A DNA stretch of 63,425 bases, filler included, from Candidatus Woesearchaeota archaeon (GTDB lineage Archaea > Nanobdellota > Nanobdellia > Woesearchaeales > CG1-02-33-12): NCBI GenBank assembly GCA_018399355.1. It is 4 parts of 4 records of this genome, joined end to end, with 100 filler letters (N's around TTAATTAATTAA, not from the genome) between each part and the next. Parts side by side here need not be neighbours in the genome. Positions count along the whole stretch, not along the records: positions 37,007 to 53,786 come from JAGYOA010000017.1; 3 more parts are not named here. One strand, written 5' to 3'. The number at the start of each line of letters is the position of its first letter. Positions within the stretch are counted from its first letter, which is position 1. Position numbers and translations under genes: made by a program. Below, in pieces: positions 38,275 through 47,646 of the stretch. The notes under the pieces were generated by a model, which was given only the letters and a program-made list of their open reading frames with translations, ran no database searches and was not told the origin of the DNA.

Positions 38275-38994
38275 TTAATTTTTATTTTGAAAATTTTCTA
38301 TTGCTTTCATAAAATCAGCTTTTGTGAAATCACTCCATTTCTTTTTGGTAAAGAAAATAACAGAATCTTTTGAGTCCCATAATAATACTCCTGAGAATTC
38401 ATCACTATTTTGGATTATAAGGTTGGGAGATATAAAATATGAAGTGTAAAGGTTTTCTTTTATTACCTCGCTGTTTATTGATTCAGGATCAAGCCTTTCT
38501 GATTTAACCTGTCTTGCTATCAGCTTGCATGCATCTATTATCTCTTCATGCCCATCATAGTTAACGCAGAAGTTTGCAAAAAATCTGTCATAGTCTTTTG
38601 TTGATTCTATAACATCTTTAATTTCACTTACTACTCTCTCAGGCAAGTCATACCATTTTCCAACCACAGACACTTTTACCTGGTTTTTATATATACTTCT
38701 GTAATTTTTTAACTCACTGAAAAATCCTGATATCTCATCCATCAAGAAAGAGAATATTTCAGATTTTTTAGAGTTTTTTGATAATATGAAAAAGGTTATT
38801 ATAGGTATATTCAGCTTTATCTGCATTTCGATTATCTCTTTTATTATTTTTCTTCTTTTTTTATAGGTTTCATCAATGCCTGTGTTTTTTGTTGATCTTA
38901 TTTCTTTTTCAATTGATATGGCAATATGTCTTGGAATATTGCTTATAATTCTTTTTTTCCTGATTTTCAGAATATCTTTAATTTCATCCAGCAT
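38275..38994 (-). CDS. cis-prenyltransferase (UppS) family protein with degenerate catalytic motifs
   Basis: PRHIAI, KVSVVG...LP, NYDGHEEI, LYTS...PNLII and LLWD scaffold; DGNRR motif absent. Confidence 0.8.
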   Translation of the reverse strand: MLDEIKDILKIRKKRIISNIPRHIAISIEKEIRSTKNTGIDETYKKRRKIIKEIIEMQIKLNIPIITFFILSKNSKKSEIFSFLMDEISGFFSELKNYRSIYKNQVKVSVVGKWYDLPERVVSEIKDVIESTKDYDRFFANFCVNYDGHEEIIDACKLIARQVKSERLDPESINSEVIKENLYTSYFISPNLIIQNSDEFSGVLLWDSKDSVIFFTKKKWSDFTKADFMKAIENFQNKN

Positions 38995-39082
38995 AAAATA
39001 TATTTCTCATCTGTATTTATATATTTTTTTGTAATTACTTTAAAAAGCTTTAAATATAAGCCGTCTATTTTTTTAATTTAAG

Positions 39083-39940
39083 ATGCTTTTTTTGTTTAAT
39101 GCAATTGCCCTCATAAGCCTCGTATTTGCAAGCCTCACAGACATAAAAACAAGAGAGGTTCCTGACTGGCTTAACTACGGGTTAATAATATTCGGGCTTT
39201 TTTCAAGGCTGATTTATTCATTTGTATTGTCTGATTTTAGCTTTTTCTTTTATGGTCTTGCAGGATTTTTTGTTTTTTTCATAATCGGCAACCTTATGTT
39301 TTATTCTGCCCAGTGGGGCGGTGGAGACAGCAAGCTTTTGATGGGCCTCGGAGCTTTGATTGGACTTAATCTAAACTTTACAGAAATTCCATTTATCTTT
39401 ATGTTCTTCATAAACATAATGGTTGTAGGGGCTTTTTATGGGCTTTTCTGGAGCTTTTTGTTGGCTGTTAAAAACTGGAAAAAATTTTCTAGAGATTTCA
39501 GCATCAGGCTAAAACAAAAAGCAAGAATGAGAGCAATTGTGATAATCTTTTGCCTTTTAATTCTTTCATCTTCGTTTTTTATAAATGAGAATTTTTTAAG
39601 GATGATGGTTGTGTTTTTGGCAATATTCACATTTATTATATTTTACCTTTCATTGTTTATAAAATCCATAGAAAAAACATGTATGCTTAAGTACGTTAAT
39701 CCAGAACAACTCACAGAGGGAGACTGGATTGCAAAAGATGTAATTGTAAACAAGAAAAGGATTGCAGGCCCAAAAGACCTTGGGATAGAGAAACAGCAGA
39801 TAAAAAAGCTTATTGAGTTTAAAAGAAAAGGCCTTGTTAAAAAAATCCTTATAAAAGAAGGCATACCCTTTGTGCCGAGTTTTCTTATAGCCTTTGTTAT
39901 AACCTTACTCTATGGCAACTGGATTTTATTATTCCTATAG
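39083..39940 (+). CDS. prepilin peptidase (A24, PibD/FlaK-like)
   Basis: Two catalytic Asp motifs (TDIKTREVPD and WGGGDSKLL); C-terminal GIPFVPSF; multiple transmembrane helices. Confidence 0.9.
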   Translation: MLFLFNAIALISLVFASLTDIKTREVPDWLNYGLIIFGLFSRLIYSFVLSDFSFFFYGLAGFFVFFIIGNLMFYSAQWGGGDSKLLMGLGALIGLNLNFTEIPFIFMFFINIMVVGAFYGLFWSFLLAVKNWKKFSRDFSIRLKQKARMRAIVIIFCLLILSSSFFINENFLRMMVVFLAIFTFIIFYLSLFIKSIEKTCMLKYVNPEQLTEGDWIAKDVIVNKKRIAGPKDLGIEKQQIKKLIEFKRKGLVKKILIKEGIPFVPSFLIAFVITLLYGNWILLFL

Positions 39941-39984
39941 ATAAAAAACAAAATTTTAAATAGGAGTATCTATTTTAGAGTAGT

Positions 39985-40605
39985 ATGGCAATTGAACACC
40001 ATTCAAATATCCAATATAGCAAGTCTTTTTCTGTTTATTCTAACCATTTCCAGCGAAAACCTTTGTCTAGTGAATTTCAGGTAAAACCAATCGATAAGGA
40101 AGACATAACAAACATAATTGAGAGATTGGAAAATGAGAATATAAAAGTCAATAAAAAAGATTCATTAATATCTAATGGTCGTAAAGAAATTCCTCTTGAG
40201 ATATCAATCTATGGAAAGGATGTGTCTTTGATTAATAAGATGAACTCAATAAACAATTATCTCTTAAAAACCTGTGATAATCTGTTTATTAATGTTAGTC
40301 CAAAGTCAAGAATAGAAATGAGAATTAATAACAGAATTCTAGAAAGTAACATTTATAACCTTGATAGTGTAGTCAGACTAGGAATAGAAGGAGAAATTTA
40401 TTTTGATTCCGAAAATAAAAAAATAGAAAGAAACATAGTTAACAATGTTGAAAAAATATTTAAGGATTATTATTCTGAAAAACTCAACAATATATTAAAG
40501 TTTTATCCATACCAAGGAGGAAAACTAATTTTGGATGATGGTATAATAAAGAAGAAAGAAATTTATTATCAATCTTGGAAGGACTTTAAAATTATACTAA
40601 AATGA
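39985..40605 (+). CDS. hypothetical protein
   Basis: 206-aa ORF with its own TATA-like promoter; no motif recognised. Confidence 0.6.
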   Translation: MAIEHHSNIQYSKSFSVYSNHFQRKPLSSEFQVKPIDKEDITNIIERLENENIKVNKKDSLISNGRKEIPLEISIYGKDVSLINKMNSINNYLLKTCDNLFINVSPKSRIEMRINNRILESNIYNLDSVVRLGIEGEIYFDSENKKIERNIVNNVEKIFKDYYSEKLNNILKFYPYQGGKLILDDGIIKKKEIYYQSWKDFKIILK

Positions 40606-40657
40606 GTTTATAATTGAAAAAGAAACTAATAAATACAGGCTTTTCTTTTGTTGTTTT

Positions 40658-41218
40658 ATGGTTTATGATTTGGAAGAGATAAAGATTATAAGAAAAAAAT
40701 TTGGGTTAACACAGATACAACTTTCTAAAATGGCAGATGTTTCCCAATCATTAATTGCAAAAATAGAATCAAAAAGAATTGATCCAACATATACAAAAGT
40801 AAAAAAGATTTTTGATGTTCTCTATGACCTGAGCAATAAAAACGAGCTTAAGGCAAAAGACATAATGACGAAAAAAATAATATATGTTGCACCTGATGAC
40901 AAAACTACAAAAGCAATAGAGCTTATGAGAAAGCATGAGATATCTCAGGTTCCCGTTATAATGAAAAACAATGTAGTTGGATTAATATCGGAAAACAATG
41001 TCCTTGAATCAATATCTGAGAAAGGTCCTGATAAAATAAAAAATCTTTCTGTAAAGGAAATAATGCATGAATGCCCACCAGTTGTTTCAGAAAAGGCCTC
41101 TTCAAGTGTTATTTCAGGGCTTCTTAAATATTATCCAATTGTTATTGTTGCTGATGAGGGCAAGCCAAAAGGCGTAATAACAAAGTCTGATATGCTCAGA
41201 ACATTCTACAGGGGGTGA
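40658..41218 (+). CDS. HTH-CBS domain transcriptional regulator
   Basis: RKKFGLTQ..LS..ADVSQSLIAKIES..IDP XRE-type HTH followed by two CBS repeats. Confidence 0.9.
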   Translation: MVYDLEEIKIIRKKFGLTQIQLSKMADVSQSLIAKIESKRIDPTYTKVKKIFDVLYDLSNKNELKAKDIMTKKIIYVAPDDKTTKAIELMRKHEISQVPVIMKNNVVGLISENNVLESISEKGPDKIKNLSVKEIMHECPPVVSEKASSSVISGLLKYYPIVIVADEGKPKGVITKSDMLRTFYRG

Positions 41219-41289
41219 TTATTTATTTTTAAGTAGTTACAAACAGAAATGTTTATATATTATAACTGTATGCTACTAATTGAATTAAA

Positions 41290-41988
41290 ATGGAAAAAGA
41301 AAAATATAATGAAGAGCATTATTATCATTTGTTAGGAGGAGATGACGCCAAAGGACCTACACATTTTGCTGAAGAAGCAGTTAAAGAAGCATATAAAACT
41401 CAACTCAACTCAATTAAAAAAAAGTACGGAAAAACAACTAATCCTCAGGGTTTCAGCAGCTCTTCATTTTTCAGACCAGAGCCTAGAACTGGGGAGGGAT
41501 TACTTAGAATAAAGGATTTTGTTATAGGGTTTAAAGAGATTTATGTAGGAAACAGAGGAGAAGATATGAAATGGTTATATGTTGAAGATAAAGATGAGTA
41601 CAGAATATTTCGTTATGCTGAACCATGCAAAAACCCTCTGGGTTATAAGTTTGGATTAAGCATTAAATTTCCAGAAGGAAAAAAAAGTATAGTTACTGAT
41701 TCAGAAAAAGATAAAACAATTCCAATTAATTCAAAAAATTTAGAAAACAAACTAAGAGGCATAGGATTAAATCCTTCATTAGTTAAAAAATCTATAACAA
41801 AATACAACAAGGAAAAGACAAAAAAAGAAGATGTTTATGAGATTTACTTTAATTATGAACTTAGTGAAGATGAAATAGAAGAACTAAGAATGCTATCTAA
41901 AGAATATAATGAAAGAAAGTTTAGAGAGGGAATAAGCAAACCCTTGGAAGATGCAGTTAATTATATACTGAATCTTGAGCTAAATTAA
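41290..41988 (+). CDS. hypothetical protein
   Basis: 232-aa ORF with a BRE/TATA promoter; no motif recognised. Confidence 0.6.
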   Translation: MEKEKYNEEHYYHLLGGDDAKGPTHFAEEAVKEAYKTQLNSIKKKYGKTTNPQGFSSSSFFRPEPRTGEGLLRIKDFVIGFKEIYVGNRGEDMKWLYVEDKDEYRIFRYAEPCKNPLGYKFGLSIKFPEGKKSIVTDSEKDKTIPINSKNLENKLRGIGLNPSLVKKSITKYNKEKTKKEDVYEIYFNYELSEDEIEELRMLSKEYNERKFREGISKPLEDAVNYILNLELN

Positions 41989-41989
41989 A

Positions 41990-42703
41990 TTAATATAAAT
42001 TTTTTATCTTGCCAAAATTATAAACCTTATCAGCCACTATAGCTACATCAAAGTTGCTTATATCTTGTTTTAGGAAAGGACTCAGTAGATTCTCACTTAA
42101 AACATCTGTTCCCTCTGCGGCCAAACAAAAAGAAGGCATTACAATTAATTTTTTATTTTTAAACTTGCCTTTTAAAAAACACTTGAATTTCTCGCTTCTT
42201 GCATCATCTCTCAAGGACACAGCTGGATGCTCATGGCCAATGATTATTGTTCTGCACTTTTCAATTATTTTTTTCTCGGGGATTTTGTGGCCGTGAATTA
42301 TCAAAATATCATTAATCATAAAATAGTCAACAATGTTTACCTTTCTTTTTTCAGCAATAGGTCCAAGAACAGTATCATGATTCCCTTTTACAAAAATTAT
42401 CTCTTTGCAATGCTTTAGCAAAAAGTCCAGCAGTCTTAAAGTTTCCCTCCATTCCTGCTCTGATATCTTGCCGAACTCGTGCTTTAAATCACCATTAATA
42501 ACTATTTTTTCAATTTTTATTTTCCTTTTTTTTAATTCAGTAAATATTTTATTTAATCTGGTTATTATCTCTTTAAACTGAAACTTTGGCAAGAGAATTC
42601 CTTTTTTGTTTAACGCTTCCTCATATCCAATATGAAAATCTGAAAAGATAATTGTGTTTTTTTCAACCAGAATTCCCAAATCAATTATTTCATAACCTTT
42701 CAT
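41990..42703 (-). CDS. metallophosphoesterase (Lhr-associated)
   Basis: SDFHIG, NGDLKH, KGNHD, HGH and GHEHP motifs. Confidence 0.9.
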   Translation of the reverse strand: MKGYEIIDLGILVEKNTIIFSDFHIGYEEALNKKGILLPKFQFKEIITRLNKIFTELKKRKIKIEKIVINGDLKHEFGKISEQEWRETLRLLDFLLKHCKEIIFVKGNHDTVLGPIAEKRKVNIVDYFMINDILIIHGHKIPEKKIIEKCRTIIIGHEHPAVSLRDDARSEKFKCFLKGKFKNKKLIVMPSFCLAAEGTDVLSENLLSPFLKQDISNFDVAIVADKVYNFGKIKNLY

Positions 42704-42704
42704 T

Positions 42705-45296
42705 TTATTCAAGTTTGTGGTTTTGGCCTATTTTAGCGAGTATCATCTGGTGCATTCTTCTTAAAAATTCCATTTTGTCTTCCATTCTCATAACATCCAT
42801 TCTGCCCTGCATAACAAGGTTTAATGCAAAAGGCGAGGGTATCCTAGTCACTATTTGTTTTATCTTTATTTTTTTATCTTCAATATCCTTTAAAACCATC
42901 TTTGCTTTTTCAATATCCATCAAATCATTTAAAACCTCTCTTCTGGCCTCCTTTAATATTGAAAAATCATTTGAGATTCTCTTGACTGCGCTTATCAATA
43001 TCATTGAAGAAACCTGCTGGCGACCAACGCGCATCCTCTTGCCTTGATAATTCCTTAGAATCATCAGAGCTCTTGTTGCGCAATGCCTAAATCTTCTTTT
43101 AAGCACTTCTGTTTTTTCAATGGCCATCTTCATAACTAAATCAATTTTCTCTGACTTAAGTATTCTAAGCCCTTTGACTGCATTTAATCCTTTTTCTGAC
43201 GCAATAAAAAATCCATTGTCGCTTATTCCAATTTCTACATCATGGTGCTGGGACCTTGATATCGCAAATGCAACCGCCCTCGACAAAACATCATTAACCC
43301 TTCGTCCATAAAGACTATGAAAAATATAATATTTTCTTGTTTCATCACTATAATTTTCAATAACAATTTTTTTTACAGAGGGAATCTCAGCATAGTAATA
43401 CTGCTGCTGAAAATAGCTGAATATTGAATTTGCAGCATAATCATCCACGTAAAGATATTCATTTATGAATTTTATTATGTTTTGCTTGCTTTCTTTTTTC
43501 AAAAATCTTTCTTCCATATAACGCCTGAACTTTCCTATTTCCACAGCCAGGTCAAAGCTTAAAGGCAAGCTTTCAGAAACCCATGATGGAATTGTGGGTG
43601 GCCTGTTTGAAGAAGCCCTCACATAGGCAACAGTTCCCTTTGAGTAAAGAAATTCATAAGTGCTTCCCCCTAAAACAAAAACATCACCCCTGTGCATCTT
43701 TTCAAGAAATGCCTCGTCTATCTTTCCTATTGTCTGATCTCCTACCTTTACTATTATGAATGTTTCATCAGGTATTGTTCCTATATTGGTCATGTACATT
43801 ACCCTTGCAAGCTTCCCCCTTCTTCCTATCATCCCTGTTTCTTCATCATGCCAGATTTTAGCATATATATGCCTATCCTCAAGAGAAATGTATTTTCCTG
43901 CAAGGTAATCAACAAGTTCATTGAAATCAATTCTTTCAAGATTATGGTAGCAGTAGCTTTTTTTTATCAGGGAAAACATCTCATTTATGTGGATTTTCTC
44001 AGATATTGCAATGCCATACATATGCTGTACAAGAACATCAAGGCAGTTTTCTGGAATATGAATCCTGTCTATTTTTTCCTCTATGGCAGATTTTAATAAA
44101 ACAGCGCACTCAACTAAATCATCCCTGTCAAGAACAATAATTCTTCCCTTTGAAATATCATGAAGCTTATGTCCTGAGCGACCGCATCTTTGTAAAGCAC
44201 GAGCAACTGATTTTGGAGAGCCGAGAAGAATAACCAAATCAATATACCCTATGTCTATTCCAAGCTCCAATGATGTGCTTGAAACAACAACCTTTAATTC
44301 TCCATCTCTTAATTTCTTTTCTATTTTGTGCCTGTGTGTTTTTGAAAGAGAGCCATGATGGGCCCCTATGTTCTCAGCATAATTTTTTGGAAATTTTTCC
44401 TTTAAATGATCAACAACCCTTTCTGTTGCCGCCCTGGTGTTTGTGAAAATAAGTGTTGTCTTATGATCTTGTATAAGCTTATCTATTAGGCTGTACATCT
44501 GATAATGCATCTCATCCTGGGTTGTATTAATCAAGTCAGGAACAGGACTTAAAACCTTTAAGTCCATTTTTTTTATGAACTGAACATTGATGATTTTACA
44601 GGGCCTTAATTTTTCATTATCATAACCAACAAGAAACTTTGCAACTTCCTCAAGAGGGCTTATTGTTGCGCTTAATCCGACCCTGCATATATGCTCAGAA
44701 AGCCTTTGCAATCTTTCAAGGCTTAATGATAAATGAACTCCTCTTTTATTCTCGGCAAGGGCATGAATCTCATCTATGATGCACCAGTCAGCATTAGTCA
44801 ACAATTCCCTGAATTTCACTGCAGATAAAACAATTGCCAATGACTCAGGGGTTGTGATAAGAATATGAGGGGGCTTTTTAAGCATCTTGGATTTTTCTGA
44901 TGCTGTTGTGTCACCTGTTCTAACTGCAACCCTTATCCCAAGTTTTTTTCCTGCAATCTCTTCAATTTCTTTTAAAGGCTGCTTTAAATTAACCTCAATG
45001 TCATAGTTTAAAGCCTTTAAAGGTGAAATATAAACACAGTAAACCTTGTCTTGTAAAATTCCCTTTTCAGCAGAGTCAACAAGCTCATTTAAAACTGATA
45101 AGAATGCGGTTAATGTTTTTGTTGCTCCGGTTGGAGCTGATATAAGAACATTGTTTCTTGAATGGACATCCATTATGCCAAATTTTTGAGGGAGGGAAAA
45201 CTCATTAAACCTTGAGAAGAACCATTTTTTCACCAATGGGTTCATTAGTTTTATTATCTCATCTGCAGTATTTGGATTTTCCTTTACAGTTATCAT
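42705..45296 (-). CDS. lhr: Lhr-like ATP-dependent SF2 helicase
   Basis: APTGATKT, YISPLKAL, DEIH, GLSAT, HHGSLS, SLELGIDIG, QRCGRSGH and NIGTIPD motifs. Confidence 0.93.
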   Translation of the reverse strand: MITVKENPNTADEIIKLMNPLVKKWFFSRFNEFSLPQKFGIMDVHSRNNVLISAPTGATKTLTAFLSVLNELVDSAEKGILQDKVYCVYISPLKALNYDIEVNLKQPLKEIEEIAGKKLGIRVAVRTGDTTASEKSKMLKKPPHILITTPESLAIVLSAVKFRELLTNADWCIIDEIHALAENKRGVHLSLSLERLQRLSEHICRVGLSATISPLEEVAKFLVGYDNEKLRPCKIINVQFIKKMDLKVLSPVPDLINTTQDEMHYQMYSLIDKLIQDHKTTLIFTNTRAATERVVDHLKEKFPKNYAENIGAHHGSLSKTHRHKIEKKLRDGELKVVVSSTSLELGIDIGYIDLVILLGSPKSVARALQRCGRSGHKLHDISKGRIIVLDRDDLVECAVLLKSAIEEKIDRIHIPENCLDVLVQHMYGIAISEKIHINEMFSLIKKSYCYHNLERIDFNELVDYLAGKYISLEDRHIYAKIWHDEETGMIGRRGKLARVMYMTNIGTIPDETFIIVKVGDQTIGKIDEAFLEKMHRGDVFVLGGSTYEFLYSKGTVAYVRASSNRPPTIPSWVSESLPLSFDLAVEIGKFRRYMEERFLKKESKQNIIKFINEYLYVDDYAANSIFSYFQQQYYYAEIPSVKKIVIENYSDETRKYYIFHSLYGRRVNDVLSRAVAFAISRSQHHDVEIGISDNGFFIASEKGLNAVKGLRILKSEKIDLVMKMAIEKTEVLKRRFRHCATRALMILRNYQGKRMRVGRQQVSSMILISAVKRISNDFSILKEARREVLNDLMDIEKAKMVLKDIEDKKIKIKQIVTRIPSPFALNLVMQGRMDVMRMEDKMEFLRRMHQMILAKIGQNHKLE

Positions 45297-45359
45297 ATTG
45301 AAAAATAATAAGATTAAGCTTATAAAACTTGTTGAAAAAATAAATAAGAAATAATTGAA

Positions 45360-45797
45360 TTATTTTCTTGCTTTTTCTATCTTGCCTTTAAGCAAGGCAT
45401 TAAGAGACTGGTCATTAACCTTTGTGACGCACCATCTTACTCCGCCGATGTCGCCCTTTGCACGGCCCATTTTTCCGCCTATGCACTCAATCATAACCTC
45501 GTCGTGCTCATCCACAAGCTTTGTTGCGCCATCGCCTGGTAAGAATGCCGTTACTTGTCTTCCATTCTTTATCAGCTGGACCCTTACGCATTTTCTCATA
45601 GCTGAGTTTGGCTGCTTTGCCTCTAACTGAACTTTTTCTAAGACAATTCCTTTTGCCTGCGATGATCCTCCTAAAGGGTCAGATTTTTTCTTTAGGTTAA
45701 GGGCTTTTCTTGTATAGCTCTTGCTGTTCCACCTGAAAGTATTTCTTCTTTTCTTCAGCTTTTTTCCAGCGTTTATTCCTGATGACTTGTTTCCCAT
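45360..45797 (-). CDS. rps12: 30S ribosomal protein S12
   Basis: [21 protein letters not shown]...AFLPGDG. Confidence 0.98.
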   Translation of the reverse strand: MGNKSSGINAGKKLKKRRNTFRWNSKSYTRKALNLKKKSDPLGGSSQAKGIVLEKVQLEAKQPNSAMRKCVRVQLIKNGRQVTAFLPGDGATKLVDEHDEVMIECIGGKMGRAKGDIGGVRWCVTKVNDQSLNALLKGKIEKARK

Positions 45798-45798
45798 T

Positions 45799-46215
45799 TT
45801 AAATAACCTTTATTTCATTAATGTCAAAATATCTTTTTACTGTATTTTCATAGTTTCTTAGGTTTTGTGCGTTTCTTCCTATTAAAAGCCCCCTTGTTTT
45901 TGTGTCAATAGCATTGATTGTCACAACATTTTCTTGAAAGCTTATATCCTTTGCTTTTAAGGGGCTTATAAGGTTTGCAACAAAGCTTTCAATCTGGGGA
46001 TTAAATTCTACTATTTTAATCTTTCTGTTTAGCTTTTCGTTTATTACCTTAACATTTGATCCATTCTTACCAATTGCCTTTGCTATGTTGTTTTGCTCAA
46101 CAACAAAAACAAGCATGTTGTTTTTATCAACAAAGCAGTCTTTCAGTTTAGCTTTTGTAATGCTCTCAAAGAAAGACATGAACTTCATATGGTTTAAGTC
46201 GTACTTTATTCTCAT
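45799..46215 (-). CDS. nusA: NusA-like transcription factor (archaeal, KH domains)
   Basis: [19 protein letters not shown] and LIGRNAQN motifs; conserved position. Confidence 0.92.
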   Translation of the reverse strand: MRIKYDLNHMKFMSFFESITKAKLKDCFVDKNNMLVFVVEQNNIAKAIGKNGSNVKVINEKLNRKIKIVEFNPQIESFVANLISPLKAKDISFQENVVTINAIDTKTRGLLIGRNAQNLRNYENTVKRYFDINEIKVI

Positions 46216-46217
46216 TC

Positions 46218-46496
46218 TTATTCCTTTAAAATGCCAAGCATTGATATAGAATACTGCCTTTTGCATACTATTCCAAGCTCGTCATTTGGCTGCTTTAAAA
46301 AAACCAAAGGAATATTCATAATTTTTGAATATTTTTCTATGTCCTTTTTAGCTTTATCAGAACAGTTTGATGCAATATAAATTTTTTCAATATTTTTCAG
46401 CTTTAAGTTTTTTAAAACTGAATTTGTGCCTATTGCAATCTTTTTTGTTTTGATTTCTTTTTTTAGATCGTTTGTAGATTCTTGTTTCTTTGCCAT
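46218..46496 (-). CDS. rpl30e: 50S ribosomal protein L30e
   Basis: IGTNSVLK, IASNC and ELGIVCKRQYSIS; follows rpoA''. Confidence 0.9.
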   Translation of the reverse strand: MAKKQESTNDLKKEIKTKKIAIGTNSVLKNLKLKNIEKIYIASNCSDKAKKDIEKYSKIMNIPLVFLKQPNDELGIVCKRQYSISMLGILKE

Positions 46497-46497
46497 T

Positions 46498-47646
46498 TTA
46501 ATCCCTCTTGACCTTTGTTATGAGGCCTGGAAGCCCTGTTCCTACAGGAACTGGCTGGTTAAGCATCACATTTTCAACAACAGAGCTAAGATTGTCGATC
46601 TCTCCTATCTGGCTTGCATTGAATATATGCTTTATAGGTGTTTCAAAAGAAGCCCTTGCCAAAACACTTGCCTTTTCTTTAACCACACCATACCTTGTAA
46701 CTCCTTTTATTGTACCTGATGCACACATAGTGTCAGAAACGAGCATAAGGTGCCTTATGTCAACATTTAAACCCTGATTTTGTATTACCTTGTAAACTTC
46801 ATTTATTACAGCCTGCCTTGCAGCTTCTATTCCAAAGATATTTGCTATCTCAAATATGTCATTTGACATAATTCTTGTTTTATCTACATAATCAAGCTCC
46901 ATGACTTTTTTCATGTTTGTTCCTGCAGTTACTATCAAAAATTCGCCATCTTTCTTTATCGGGAGAACCTGTTTTATTCCTTTTACTCCCTGGATATATA
47001 TATCTTTTATTTTTTCTTTTGTTTTGAAAAGCTCGTTTATCTCTTTTTCTTTTTCACTCATTTTCAAGCTTATTACATTGCCTTTTTTTGATATTGCAAG
47101 GTTTTTAAAACTTGATTTGATGGCTTTTTGTATAATTGAATAGTCTGTTCCTATTGACTCAATTTTTTGCTCGTCAAAAACAAGCTCAATTTTTGATTCA
47201 GCTATATTAACCATTATTTCTAAAACAATCTCATCAAGCTTTGTTTCTTTTATTGAAAGTGCGATTTTCTTTATGTCCTTGCCTTGGCTATATGGCTTTT
47301 TAAGATATATTTCCATCATTGGTGTTTGTATATTTTTCTTTCCATCAAGTATTTCAATAATTCTTGGAAGTCCCATAGTTACATTCATTTCAGCAACTCC
47401 TGCAAAATGGAATGTATTAAGAGTCATCTGGGTTCCTGGCTCTCCAATAGATTCTGCTCCAACTATTCCCACTGACTCGCCAGGCATTACTTTCATACTT
47501 TCATACTGCAAAACTGCTTTGTCAAGGATCTGTTTTAGTCTTGCATCAGTTATTTTATCAGGAATATTGTCTTTTATGTCATCAATTACTCTAATAGGAA
47601 GAACTTCCTCATATTTTTTAAATAATCTGCTCATCATATCCACCAT
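46498..47646 (-). CDS. rpoA2: DNA-directed RNA polymerase subunit A'' (Rpo1C)
   Basis: SIGEPGTQMTLNTFHFAG, GLPRIIE, GIEAAR and ARASFE motifs. Confidence 0.98.
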   Translation of the reverse strand: MVDMMSRLFKKYEEVLPIRVIDDIKDNIPDKITDARLKQILDKAVLQYESMKVMPGESVGIVGAESIGEPGTQMTLNTFHFAGVAEMNVTMGLPRIIEILDGKKNIQTPMMEIYLKKPYSQGKDIKKIALSIKETKLDEIVLEIMVNIAESKIELVFDEQKIESIGTDYSIIQKAIKSSFKNLAISKKGNVISLKMSEKEKEINELFKTKEKIKDIYIQGVKGIKQVLPIKKDGEFLIVTAGTNMKKVMELDYVDKTRIMSNDIFEIANIFGIEAARQAVINEVYKVIQNQGLNVDIRHLMLVSDTMCASGTIKGVTRYGVVKEKASVLARASFETPIKHIFNASQIGEIDNLSSVVENVMLNQPVPVGTGLPGLITKVKRD

